DNA of 64,000 nucleotides from Lama guanicoe. Lineage: Eukaryota. Shown here in pieces: positions 27,568 through 39,959 of this stretch. Position 1 is the stretch's first letter. The number at the start of each line of letters is the position of its first letter. The stretch spans positions 8,527,095 to 8,591,094 of the forward strand of contig MU054391.1 in NCBI GenBank assembly GCA_013239625.1, read 5' to 3'. A program made the position numbers and the translations under genes. The notes beneath the pieces are model-generated. The model searched no databases and was not told where the DNA came from. It worked only from the letters and a program-made list of their open reading frames with translations.

Positions 27568-27794
27568 AAAGGCCCCACTGAGGCTCAAAACCACTCTTCC
27601 CACAAAGAACACTCCGATCACTGCTGGCCCTCTTAGAAATCCTCCTCCTGGGATTTCTTCTTTTGCAGATTACCAATTAAATTAATCACACTACAGGATT
27701 GACAGAGTACAAGAAATTGTGCAAAATAGGGAATATTAGTTTGGACTTACTGTATTAGTAGCTGTGTCCCCATGGGCAAGTTTCCTTCTTTCTC

Positions 27795-28380
27795 ATTAAG
27801 GTTTTTCCTGAGGTTTTTATCTTGTCCTTTTGTTTGAAATATGTTCCTCTTTTTCTTCATTTTGCTTGATTTTCTGTTAGTTTCTATGCATTAGATGAAA
27901 CAGCCACCTCCCCGAGTCTTGAAGGCACAGCCTCCTGTAAAAGATAAAGCTTATTGTTCAGTCCTGTCCTAGCTTTTGGTTGGCTTTTGTTTGTCTCTCA
28001 AACTTTAGTGATTGTCCAAGTAAACTATTTTATTTTGAATACCTCCAGTACTTGAGGGTGTGCCAAAGTCTGCCAGTGCCCCAGAATGGACAGTCTCAGT
28101 CAGCACCTATGTTCAGGCAGATTGGAAACATGTAAAAGCTCTCTTCTGGGAGTTCCTAGTGCTCTGGAGCACAGCAGAGGGAGCAAAGGTGGCACCTGAT
28201 GGCGGGAGAGAGACAGGGAAGGGAAGTGGGAAGATGACACCCACTGGAGGAAAAAAAAAAGATGCCACACACCCAGCTTTAGCAACACAGAGAGATTGTG
28301 GGAAGATGGCACTGACCAGCATCCATCCCAGGAGAGATTTCTAGAAGACCCCTTCCCCCTCAGGCTGATGCTCCCATTTA
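27795..28380 (-). mobile_element. L1 5' UTR / ORF1 N-terminal fragment
   Basis: ggtttttatcttgtccttttgtttgaaatatgttcctc…cattttgcttgatt…agtcttgaagg…, antisense L1 5'-region text. Confidence 0.6.
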
Positions 28381-28399
28381 TTACCACATTTTATTCTCC

Positions 28400-28590
28400 A
28401 AGCTGCACTTGTCACTGTCACAACATATGATGCCTCTTGCTAGTCTATCTTGTGTCTCTCTGCCTTGAATGGAAGCTTAATGAAAACAAGGATCTTATCT
28501 GTATTGTTTAATTTTCATCTTCCCCAGCTAGCATACAGTGCCTTGGAACATAGTTAACAGACAAGTAAATATTTGTTGAATAAATGAAAA
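28400..28590 (+). mobile_element. L2 3' end
   Basis: gaatggaagcttaatg…acagtgccttggaacatagt…aaatatttgttgaataaatgaa. Confidence 0.8.
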
Positions 28591-28803
28591 GAATGTATTT
28601 TTCTCCCTATATGACTACTTCAGCTAAGGGTGGGAAGGCATTATCTTAGTGATGCCTCAATTCAGGTTTATTGTTCCACTTGACCCCAAATGGCCAAGGA
28701 GGCCGCCTACAGAGCTTCTCCGAGCCAACAAAGCAAAGCACTGTCCTTAATGATATGCTGTATCTTCCTTGCTCTCTTCCCACGAGCACCAAAATTCTAA
28801 CTA

Positions 28804-28947
28804 CCGTTGACCCTTGAACAACATAAATTTGAGCTGCAAGGGTCCACTTTTATGTGGATTTTTTTCACTAGTACATACTACAGCAGGACACAGTCCATGG
28901 CTGTTTGAATCCACTAACGCGGAACTGCAGATGTGGAGGGCCAACTG
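28804..28947 (+). mobile_element. Tigger1-derived MITE
   Basis: Terminal inverted repeats ccgttgaccct…agggccaactg with a TA at the left flank; gggtccacttttatgtggattttt. Confidence 0.85.
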
Positions 28948-29119
28948 CATTCCTGTTATTACATGTAAACTTGTTTCTACACAATCAAATATCTCATAGA
29001 GTGAATCTGACTAAAAACACAGGTGCTGACATGAGACTCTCACTGAAGTCTTTAAGGAAGATTCTGAATTTGGTATCATTGTTTAACTATCAGTCTTCCA
29101 CTAACAGGGGAATAAAGAA

Positions 29120-29395
29120 AAGTGTTTGGCATCAGGAGACCTGGCATTAAATCTCATTATTCTCTTTACTACCTTGGATGGGCAGTAGAATGCAGGGTTA
29201 AGACTGATGCATCCCACCTCTGTCACTTACTACCTGCGTGGTCTCAGCTGATCCATTTAAATTGTATATGGCTTGCTTTCTCTACCTTTAAAGTAGTACT
29301 AAAAATACGTATATCATTAAACGCTCTAAACTGGATGGGGTGATGCATGTAAACTTTTAACACAATCTATACTTGATATATGGAAGTTTGTCTAT
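29120..29395 (+). mobile_element. MIR SINE fragments
   Basis: ggcatcaggagacctgg…; tcacttactacctgcgtggtct…. Confidence 0.5.
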
Positions 29396-30280
29396 AAATT
29401 TTCTTTTTTTAAGGAAAAAGACATCTTTACCTTCACTGCTCCCTCTTTTATTCATCTCTTTTCAACTTTTATTCATCTCTTTTCAACTTTTAAAGAAATA
29501 ATAATCATATAATAATGATGATGATAAAGCAATTAATAGTTTTTTTCAAGGTGAAAATGTTCTTTAACGCCAAGATTCAAACTCATCCTTTCCACCAAGA
29601 TAGATTTTATTCCTCATGGTTCTCTGTTTGGTGAAGCTGTTCTTTGTAAATACATTCTACTTCATCAAGCAGGTTGAGCTCCTGAGTTAGTAAAACCCAA
29701 TAAAGCTCCCCAAAGGCTCTTGTTTTTACCTACCTTTCTTTAATTTTAATGATCACATGGAATAATATTGGTTAATGCTATTCCTCCTGGGTTGCAATTA
29801 ACTTAATCTCAAGTATACTTCAGCCTTAAGTAGGCTTTTGATCTAAGAATGTTACTTGTTCAGGTTATCTAAATACTCATTGATCTGACGGGTAACTGGC
29901 AACATTTATAATGGAGGTCATTCTCTTCTATTAATTTTAATCGCATTATGGCTTTTGATAAAGTGGGCAAGAGTGGATGCTAACCTGTTTTGTACCTGAA
30001 AAAAAAATGCCTTCATGAGGACAAAGTACTATTAGGACAAACTCTACTTCATTTTCAGATAAATAAATATGGTTTCAAAATAAATCTATTTGACATAATA
30101 ATTATTTTTTGTCATTCTTGACTCTTGTCTTTTAATGTGAAAATTAACATGCTAGGGAAAATGAGCATCATAAATTCATGCCCCCAACTTTTTAACACTC
30201 AGTGGGGAGAGGGACCCCCACAGAGTAAGCAAATATTTATGGGTTATGTATGGTATGCCAAGCCTTGTGATAGATTTAGG

Positions 30281-30484
30281 CTAGAGTTTCTCAGCCTCAG
30301 CATCATGGGCATTCTGAGCAAGGTAATTCTCTCTTACGAGCGGCTGTGCTGTGGTTTGTGGGCTATTTAGCATTATCCAGGGTCTCTACCCATTAGATGC
30401 CAACTTCACCTCCCCATCTAGTTGTGATGACCACAGATGTCACATGTCCCCTGGGGGCAAACTTGCCCACAGTAGAGAACCATT
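30281..30484. mobile_element. MER20 (hAT-Charlie MITE)
   Basis: gtttctcagcctcagca…ctctacccattagatgcca…tgtcccctgggggcaaa…gagaacca. Confidence 0.9.
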
Positions 30485-31899
30485 AACTTAACAAGTATAG
30501 GGATTAATCAGACAGCTCTTACCCTAAATACATGTATGGATTTATGTAGAAATACATGTGAGAGATACATATATCTGCATGAGAACAAATACTGTGTAAC
30601 CCTGTATTTAAGGTATTACCTGCAACATTATCTATGTTAGCAAAAAGAAAATAATCTCAACTTTCCAGGAGAAGAAAACACAATTTATGTCTCAAGAGTT
30701 TAAGTTAGGCAACAAACTAGACTTTGTCACATTTATCAGCACATTTTTTTCATGATCATCCTCTGTTTTATTTATTTTTTCTACACATATAACTAAGAAA
30801 ACCATGGCTTAGCATTGTTAATGATGTGTCCAAGGGAACCCAACATACTGTTGTCAGCGCTTGAACTCTAATTAGACTTGTCTGATTTCAAACATTCTGC
30901 TTTTTACACAAAAATCACAGAAGAAAATTGTTTAAGAAATAATGTTAATGCAATAAGTTAAAATATAAATCATTTGGGAAAACTATGAGGAAAAGTTCTT
31001 CTAAGTTTAAAAAACAAAATATGCAAAGGTCTGTTGACTATGATCGCAATCAAATGAATTGATGTCAATACAGATACAGAGGTGTATGGAATATATAAGA
31101 TTTGAACGGTTCATGCAAACAAAATTAATCATTTTGGTTGGTGGGGTTATGAGGTGATGTTGTTATGAGGAATTATTAAATATGCTGTTTTTAATGGCTA
31201 CTGCTGTATACATAAGGTTAAGCATTTGCATGGGATCTAAGCATACACTTTAAAGTCAGAGATTTCTTCAACTTGGAAAGAAAACAACATGTTGAATTTC
31301 TGAGAATGTAAGGTGCCTTGTGGATCTCTGAGAATACAAAGCACTTCTGACTAGAAGAAAGAAGAGAAACTCGGCAGATCGCAGCCACACTGTGCGAGTA
31401 CGAACGGGACACGTGTACTGATTCACACAAGTACATGGGAGATGGAGACAGGAGGCGGACAAATCTGAAGGAAGAGATGCTCTGGTAAACTGTCATCCAG
31501 AGGTACAACCACAGATGGGTGTGACCTAAAACAGCTTGGCTTTCAGTCAGTGAGCAATTATTTTCTGACTGTTCAAATGCCACACATTTTTTTTTCTTAA
31601 GAAAATACCTATTTTTGCTCTACCGGATTGCTTCAAAGAAAGACAGATTCAGAACTACAGGCATCATTATACAGTCATGCAGTTCAATCTTTTGTTACAG
31701 ACAAGAAAATGCACACCAAGGAGGAGAAATATCATCCCCAAATTCACTGAACAAGTTTTTAAGAAGCCAGCATATTTCAATAAATGTGTAAAACATTTTT
31801 GTGGGAAATATTTCCTTTGTGTATTGCTGTATGTTTGATTTTGCCCTTTTACCTCTGTTTCACTTACTTCATTGTAAACACTTATCCTTCACTACATGT

Positions 31900-32230
31900 T
31901 ATACTCTTCATAAATTTCTAGGAAAGTACAAGGAAGTACAAAGTTGTGGAGCTCACTGCTCACAGTGGTCCAGGGGTAACAGCAATCACAAAGTGAGGAA
32001 GCATCTCCAGGCAGGCTGGGGGGATGGTAACGGGGAAGGCTTCCTAGAGGAGGCGGCACTTCATCTAAGACTTTAATCATAAGAAGAGTTAGCCAACCAG
32101 ACAACAGATTACAGACACTCCAGGCAGAAAGATTCGTACTGAAGGACAAGATGCCAGGCTGGACTCAGCAGCAAAAGGTTTAACATTAGAGAGCAAACTC
32201 TATGTCAGATGGGAGAGGGCTGGGCAGAGA
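31900..32230 (-). mobile_element. L2 fragment
   Basis: ggggaaggcttcctagaggaggcggcactt…ccaggcagaaag. Confidence 0.65.
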
Positions 32231-32269
32231 CAGTCTTTCAAAGATCTGACCAAGCAGGACGATGTTTTA

Positions 32270-32455
32270 GGATAAGTATTATGCAAAAAGTCCTGGGCTA
32301 AGTACTTTTTACAAATTATTTTTAATTCTCTATAGTATCCTGCCAGGAAGAGATTTCTGACTCTATTTTAAAGGTGAGGATGCCAAAGCCCTGAGAAGTG
32401 ATTTGCTTGAGGTGCTGAAGTGTCGAAACTTGAATAATGCTCAGAGCTACATGGT
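32270..32455 (-). mobile_element. MIR SINE
   Basis: tgggctaagtacttttt…ctattttaaaggtgagga…gaagtgatttgc. Confidence 0.6.
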
Positions 32456-33345
32456 ACAAGAGGCTAAATATTTAGGCTTCCAGGATGCTACACAGAGTAG
32501 AACTGTCTCTTACCCATCCTCTCCCACGTCATCATTTAACCACAATAACTCGGCACTGATAATTTTGGTCATTTGATTTCAGCGCATAAAAACTCCTGGG
32601 CCGAAAAGGCAGCTCCAAAGGAGAGAAGAGCAGTCTTAACGCCATCAGCTTGAAAGAAGAGAGAAAAGGTTTTAGAGTCCGCCTGGGAGATATCTGGGTA
32701 TCTTTAATATTAGAGGATAGTTGTGGGGCCAGAAAGCGTCGGTCAATTCAGAGTGTGTGTGTCATAATCCCACCCTGCTCTCTTGAATTTTACGGCTCTG
32801 GGTATCAAAAATCTGGCTGCAAGAAGACTCTTGATAAATTCTTGTGTTCTTCCCCATCCTGCAGGATAAGCTGCAGAAGCCTTTGCGTGGCTCAGGAGGC
32901 CATCCGTAATCCAGCTCCCACCTGTCCTTGAACGACATCTCCCCTCTCTTGCCCCTTAAGCTTTATGGTTCAGATACACAGATTATCTCTAGCTTCTCCA
33001 ATATGCAATACTCTCTCCAGTCTCCGCTCCTCAGGAAAGTTTCCTCTGACTGGGAGGTCCTCTTTTTGGTTGTTGGCTTAGAAAATATTCATTTATCATC
33101 CAAGCTCCATGCTAAACTCTCTTCCTACCATGACACCTCCTCTGCTTGTTCCCTTAGCAACAATCAAGTAAATTTCTTTGATGCTTTCTAGCTTGCAGAC
33201 GCCTCTGTTAGCAAGAGTGTCTCACGGTGCTGAAACCACTTGGTTGCTGGTTTTCTTCCCCCTAGACTACGTAAACCTATTCTGCTTTGTTCCTTTTCAT
33301 CCTTGATATTAGCATCAACACAATGAGTGGCTCATGGTATACACT

Positions 33346-33810
33346 TATGATGATTAATTTACATGTCAACTTGATTAACCCAGAGTACCCAGATATTTAA
33401 ACATCATTCTAGATGTTTCTGTGAAGGTTTTTTTTTCTTTTTGGTTGAGGCTAGCTTTTAAATCAACAGACTTTAAATACAGCATATTACCCTCCATAAT
33501 ATAGGTAGGCCGCATCCAATCAGTTGAAGGCCTTTATAGAGAAAATGACTGACACCCCCCCAAAAGAATAAATTCTGCCAGCAGACAGCCAGCCTTAGGA
33601 TTCCAACTGCAACATCAACCCTTCCCTGTGTCTCCAGCCTGCTATCCTACTCTGCAGATTTTGAACTTGCCAACCTCCGTGATAATTCAAGCCAATTTCT
33701 TAGAATCAGTCAGTCTTCTTCCTGCCCCTCTCCCTTCCTCTCTCCCGCCTCTCTCTCTCTCTCCCCACATCCTACTTGATTATTTTTCTCTGAAATCCTG
33801 GACCAATACC
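33346..33810 (+). mobile_element. ERVL solo LTR (MLT2D-like) inserted in an L2 tail
   Basis: tgatgattaatttacatgtcaacttga…ccaatcagttgaaggcctt…ctgcagattttgaacttgcca…. Flanked by ACACT / ATGCT. Confidence 0.9.
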
Positions 33811-34054
33811 ATGCTGAATGGATCTACTTAAAAAAATTAATTGTTGGAGTCTTTCTCCTCCCACAATAGCTTTCTTCTAAAAGAATAATATGTACAACTG
33901 AATAAGCTTTAGAATTCATACTAATAGGAGCTCTGATAGTTACTATAGGAGAAAGTTTTTCAGTAGTAATTATTTTTACAAAAGAAACAATTCCCAACCT
34001 TTACCCCCACTAGGAAGCCTTATGTTTTCATATATTTACTCTATTAATTATCAT

Positions 34055-34385
34055 AGAAACACTGACTTAAGAGTCAGAATATCTGAAGTCTTGTATAAGC
34101 CCTGCCACTTAGGAGCTGGAAGGCACTGGGCAAAATCACTCGACCTTTCTGACCCTCAGTTTCCTCATCTGTAATCTGTGTGCTATAAGGTGACTTGCTG
34201 TCCTTTACATTTATAAAAGAGGGGAAATTTAAGTGGTAGAAAAGCATGATTTAGGTGAAGACATAAGGTTTGGATTCAGACTTGTTAACTTACTAGTCGT
34301 GCATCTCAAAAAAATGTTCTTCACCTCTCTATTAGCTTCCTCACCTATAAATGTGGATTACTGCATTTGCGTCCCTGTATTGTTA
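34055..34385 (+). mobile_element. Two MIR SINE copies
   Basis: ctgaccctcagtttcctcatctgtaa and agcttcctcacctataaatg cores. Confidence 0.75.
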
Positions 34386-35014
34386 CGTGCATAGTGTGGT
34401 GCTGCAGGCGCAGCTCAGACTTGGAATGAAACAATCAGGGATGCACTTAAATTGCTCTTGAGTCTAGAAGACGTGTTTCCTGTTGCTGCCCAGGATGTCA
34501 TGACAACCTGTGCAAAGAGGTGAGCTGTTTCCCAAGTCTGCGCTATGCAGGAAATGAGGAAATCCAAAAGGATTTTAAAATATTCCTCACAGCATCTCAA
34601 GAGTGAAGGGTCCTCAAAGACAGAGTGTGCACACACAAGGCATCCAGGTAGGAGATACAGAGAGTCTGCTCTTCACAGCCTGGGCTGCACACTGAAGGCT
34701 AATTTGGACATCGACATGTGTACCCTAGAAATCATTGATAGGACTTTGTACTTCAGGACTGTTCTTTGGGATGTCAGATAATCCAGGGCTAAGAGCTTCC
34801 TCTGATAGTGACAGAGTTTGAACAAGATGAACGGCTGGGCTTTCATAGAAACTCTTTGGACTGGACTAATAACAGCTGAGTAGCTAACTCTCAGAAAGGA
34901 CTGTGAAGTTTCATCATTACCCACTACAAATTCTTAAAGTTTATTTTATATCCATGTGTATGTTAAATTGCATTTTTTCAAGATGAAATTTCAGTTATTG
35001 TTAACACATTGTTC

Positions 35015-35042
35015 TTTTTTGGGATGGGGGAAGTAATTAGGC

Positions 35043-35073
<31 letters not shown>

Positions 35074-35158
35074 TTTTTTAATGGAGGTCCTGAGGGAATT
35101 GAACCCAGGACCTCGTGCATGCTAAGCATGTGCTCTGCCAATGAGCTATACCCTTCCC
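35015..35158 (-). mobile_element. Camelid-type tRNA-derived SINE (Vic-1-like)
   Basis: Reverse complement reads GGGAAGGGTATAGCTCATTGGCAGAGC…GGTTCAATTCCC…CTCCATT(AAAT)n…CTAATTACTTCCCCC: A box, B box and AAAT tail. Confidence 0.9.
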
Positions 35159-35406
35159 TAAACATACACATTTTTTTATCCTCAGAAAATATTGAAGCTA
35201 AGGACCCCTTAGAATGTTAAGGCCACCTTGATAGATCACATGGCACAACCCAATTGTACAATCCAGCATTCTGGTGATCAGTGTCCAACTGCTTCCCAGA
35301 TATAATGCTGACTAAGCCAGGTATATTTATTATTATCATTATAATCAAATTGTTGAAAGGTAAAGGTGATTATATGCTCCATAAGGAAATTACCACATAT
35401 AGATAT

Positions 35407-35907
35407 TTTCAAAGTAAAAATTGCATAGGACACAGTTAAACAGGTAAGGAAGACTCCACTCAAGGCTTATTGTAATAGGAGAGACAGGACAGAACTCAGC
35501 CTGAGCGCAAATCCTCTGAAACAAAGGGTGGGGGAGCTTTAAGAGCTGGACTTGGGGGATTCATAAGCCATCTTTGTTTGCTAATTGGTATTTCTCAAAG
35601 GGAAAGCGAACTTTCTACTAGCTTCCTAACAGGAGATTGTTTTAGAACTGGAAGCAAGGTGCCAACTAAAGTTCAGCAACTAACTCCCCACAGAAGCTGC
35701 GAGACAAGGACACTAACTTCCTTGATGATCACATTTCAAGGCGATGGCTCCCAGGTTCTTGAGAAAGATGGTCTTGGGTTGGGAATCTGACAAGAGGCTT
35801 TTTAAAAGGTTTACATCTCAAAGGGGTAGAAACAGAATTTACAGTTCTACGTTTTCCCTGTCTACAGTTTAGTCAAGCTTAGGGGAAGAGCAAGACCATT
35901 TTGGTCA
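35407..35907 (-). mobile_element. ERV1 solo LTR (MER67/MER31-like)
   Basis: acagttaaacaggtaaggaagact…gatggctcccaggttcttgagaaaga…tttagtcaagcttaggggaa. Confidence 0.8.
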
Positions 35908-36514
35908 CTACCTAGATCACAGAACATCCTCACTGCATTTTACCTGTTATGATTAGTATGATGATCGTTATCTGTGCTTTATGCTTTCACATTTGGAATT
36001 TGACTTTCACACTTTCTCAAAGGAAAGTTGTTTCCTGTTTAAAATATTTATTTTTCTTGTGCTTCAAAGAAGAAATGTCTTTCCTCCCATGAGACTGATG
36101 ATTCATTATACCAGTGGTCTCCTTTCTCACTTAAAAAAAGTAATTTTTTTCACTGCACTTTACACTTGAAAGAATTCGACATAAAGGTTTGAAACTTGCC
36201 CTCACATCAGTCTATTGGCTCTAATTAAAACAAGATTAGCTGACATTCACAAGTCATTTACAAAATTTACAACTGCATTCTGGGAACATACCTAACTGTA
36301 ATGGCAACATGGGGAATTGCAGGAGGATTCTGAAATGTACCCTAATATTTTCTTTACACTATTGTTTTCAAAACTTCATTTATTATTAACACATTCTCAG
36401 TGAATTAGAATCTAGGCATCTCTTTCACTTAATCATTTTAACTCAACAACAGAGCTTCCTATAAAAACACATACACAATTAAAACGTAAGCACTGGGAGA
36501 GAGAATCAACACTG

Positions 36515-36725
36515 TGAGAAAGTGTTTTGCGCCAGATGCTTTTACAGATATACATGATTTTATTTAATCCACATGGTTATACACTTGACTGAGTGTATCA
36601 TTCTCACTTCACAGATGAGAAATGTAAGGTCAGTGATGTTATATAACCCAAAAAATCATAACAATCTAGTAAATAAATTAAGCAAGAATCAAATCCCTGA
36701 CCCTGGTCTGTGACCTGTAACTTCC
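36515..36725 (-). mobile_element. MIR SINE
   Basis: gccagatgct…cacagatgagaaa…aatcaaatccc. Confidence 0.6.
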
Positions 36726-37079
36726 ATATGCATGTATCATTTTCAGTAAGAGGTGGGTACAGAAGAGTTCCTGGTGAGTCATTCTGGAAAATCATATTAA
36801 ATATCAGAATATCCATTTCTACTTGGCATATGAAAACTATAATTGAAATGTAAGTGGTACAACATAAAATTCCAAATGAAAAATTCAAAATAAAAATATT
36901 CTCATTTGATGGACAAGTAATCTCATTAAAGAAAATAAGATAATCTTGTTTCGTTAGGGTTGGGAGATATTTAGTCTTCTGCAAAGGAGAAGTATTAGAA
37001 AATATAGTGACCCTTCCCTATACTGTGAAATTATTTGCCATTCTATTTTGGAAGAAGTGGTACAGTTTTTACAAACAAA

Positions 37080-37531
37080 CCTAAAGATCACCATGAAGTG
37101 AACCAAGTCAAAGGTAATGCAGTCCTGGATTAAATTGATGGCAACTGGGGACATAAGCACAGAAGGTTCAAATCTTGGAGAAATGGAAAAAAAAGAAGAG
37201 ATTCAACAGTAAGGACCTAGAACATCCCTTGTAAGCCTCAGGCTCCTTTACTGCTGAAGGGGGATGAGAAGCGAGGGAGAATGTGGGAACCCTGCCTCTC
37301 CCTAGAACACACTGGAGCAAAACCCTACAAATGTCAACAATCTGAACGATCTTGGAAGCAAATTATTCTCCAGAGCCTCCAATAAGACAGCAGCTCTGCC
37401 AACACCTCGCTTTTAACCTGGTGAGCCCTATATTCAATTAAACCTACCGAACTGTCAAATAAAAAAAGTTGTGTTGTTTAAACCACTAAATTTGTGGAAA
37501 CTTGTCATGGAAGCTATAGAAAACAAATGTA
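37080..37531 (+). mobile_element. MaLR LTR (MLT1E/F-like)
   Basis: caacaatctgaacgatcttggaagc…ttctccagagcctcca…tgtgttgtttaaaccactaaatttgtgg…atagaaaacaaat. Confidence 0.8.
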
Positions 37532-37576
37532 CCACATCCATATGTGTTCACCTGTGCACCCACCAGTTCAAGATAC

Positions 37577-37778
37577 CTTTTTCTTTTTAAAGGTTTCCTG
37601 ATTTTGTCTGTATCTGCTATGCTAGGTAATGCTTCCTATTTCCCACCTCCTCTTCTCAGTTAAGTTGCAGCTTCATTGGAGATAAGAGACCCAGACTGAT
37701 TTACTCCGGTTGGTATATGGTATAAGTCACATAAAACTTTTCTTGTATCTGGCTCCGTCCATCTTGGGTTCTTCAAGA
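37577..37778 (-). other. Candidate second exon of the CpG-island transcript
   Basis: Minus strand: ACTAAAT branch-like site, CATTTTCAG acceptor and AAG|GTATCT donor. Predicted only. Confidence 0.3.
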
Positions 37779-39959
37779 CTGAAAATGCATGGATTTAGTT
37801 TCGCAGTTTCTATATATATAAACATGGATGCAATTGTGAAAACCAACTCTTCAAAATGAAGATACAATGTATGCCAAGTATCTACATTAGTGTCATGAGT
37901 GTAGTGCCTAGTACACACGTTTCCTTATGACTATAGTGTTACATGCACCCAGAAACTCTGGCTGCTTTAAGCAGGGCAACCTCACTGTGAATATGGTAAG
38001 CTAAAACATTTTAAACCGGCAACCATAATAATTTCTCATGTCATCTAAATTTTAAAAATGATTGTTTAAAACAGGCTGCACTTCCACTGCTTCCACATTC
38101 TGACACTAACAAATTGTTTCCTACATAATTGAAAAGTGATTCTTCACTGAATTACCCATTAACTGTGCTATTTTCTTTAGACGGCTCACAAAATAAATAA
38201 AGCTGGAGTTTGAGAGTGATAATAAATTCTGTCACTCTCTCAGGCTTTAGGTGATGGATTCCTGTTAGATGTTACTGTGGATTCAAGGCACTAAATGCTG
38301 GCTTGTGCATTTTATCTGACCTTGTGTTAATGCGGGTTGAAAGCAAGCAATATCAAGGTGTCTATCCTCAAAATAAAAGGAGAGCTATAAAAGAGAAAAC
38401 TGGGTTGAATATCAGAACTGAATGACCCTATGAAATACATGTATATTTCAGTCATGATTTTAAGGAAAAGGAAGTCTGAAAGAATATCTATCTTCTGCTA
38501 TGTAATAAATGCTTAGAATATACAAAAAGAGACAGATTGCCCTGAGCAGACTCGGAGCAATAATTGTGTGCATGCATAATTACCAAGCTAAAGAGAAAAT
38601 TTTAACTAAAGCATGAAATTTCAAAGACAAATAACTTTCTGCACTTCTAGGACTATCTTCAATAATCTCCAAAAATGAATAAACTCTGCAAATGGATTTA
38701 ATGAAGTCAATGCTATTACCCTTCCCCCGAAGTAAGGCATGTACAACTAAAGAATCACTTGATGATTTAATATTTGCTTAACTCTTGGCTCTCTATCTTT
38801 TGCATCCATTGACTTTCAATCTTTTAGGATTTTCTTAAATTTTTCTCTACCAGTTAGAAAATTATAAATTGATATCTAATATTTTAGTGGTTACTCCAGA
38901 AATTCTGAAACATGTACATATTTACATAATATATCAATGTAAAATATTTATAATAATATTTTAATTAATCAATATGATACATCTCCTGGTTTACAATTAA
39001 AGAAGCTCAAACACCTTTAATCTAAATTACCTATTTCTTAAATGGTATCTGGGATCTAACTTCCTTTAGTCATTGCAAATCAAATTTTCTGAAATATTTA
39101 ATAAAATACATTAACATTAATGAAACACAAACAAGAATTAAAAACTGCAGGCCAAATATATTTGCTGGCCAGATTCAGCCCTCAGCCTATGAATTTGCAA
39201 TCTCTGATCTATGAGTTTCTTTAACAAGGCTTTTAAGGCAATAAAATATCAACTGAGAAGAACTGAAACTAAATACAAATTAACTATATACTTTTCACTA
39301 AATGGTTAATTGAAACAAATTTTATAGTGATGGCATCTACCAGTACAGCTACAATTAAAGTAGAATTCTAGTGGAATTAGCTATTATTCAAAACGAAGTA
39401 CTTTGTAAATTCACGTACAGTTAAGGAAAACATTTCTATTTAGTGCCTTTTCCCTGCTCTAATATTTAATGACGGCTTGGAAACTGGGTTTCAACTAAAA
39501 TTTTATTTGAAAAAAATCCTTCCTTTACAAATTTCACTGCCATTTTGGTAGCAAAAATTAATATATTCATTTTTGCATTTCATAAATGAGAATTTTAGTC
39601 CTTGAATACAAAAATTACATCAAACTACAATAAAAATTAGACTAAGATTTCTTTCTTTAATTTAGAAATTTGGAACTCTCAGTTTTTTCACACCATTAGC
39701 AAGGATTTGCATCCGGGAGTAACATTTCATTAACTGCCTGTGGCAGTGAAGCAGGTTAAGTTGCTCTGCCCGTAAAACGCACATGGTGTCCAAGAATTTA
39801 GTTAAATTCACCCACCCTCATTTCTGTCATCTAAGATGGAGATAATGACACTCTTTTTGTCACTGACAAAGTCCAAGAACAATCCTCAAGAGATAAAAAT
39901 AGAATCTGGGTAATAAAGTCTAACCTTCTTTTCCCCTTTGTGCTCAGTCTAGTTTCATT

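Noticed and set aside
35085..35158. tRNA gene
   Set aside because: A and B boxes are present, but it has a SINE tail and an imperfect cloverleaf, so it is a SINE head.
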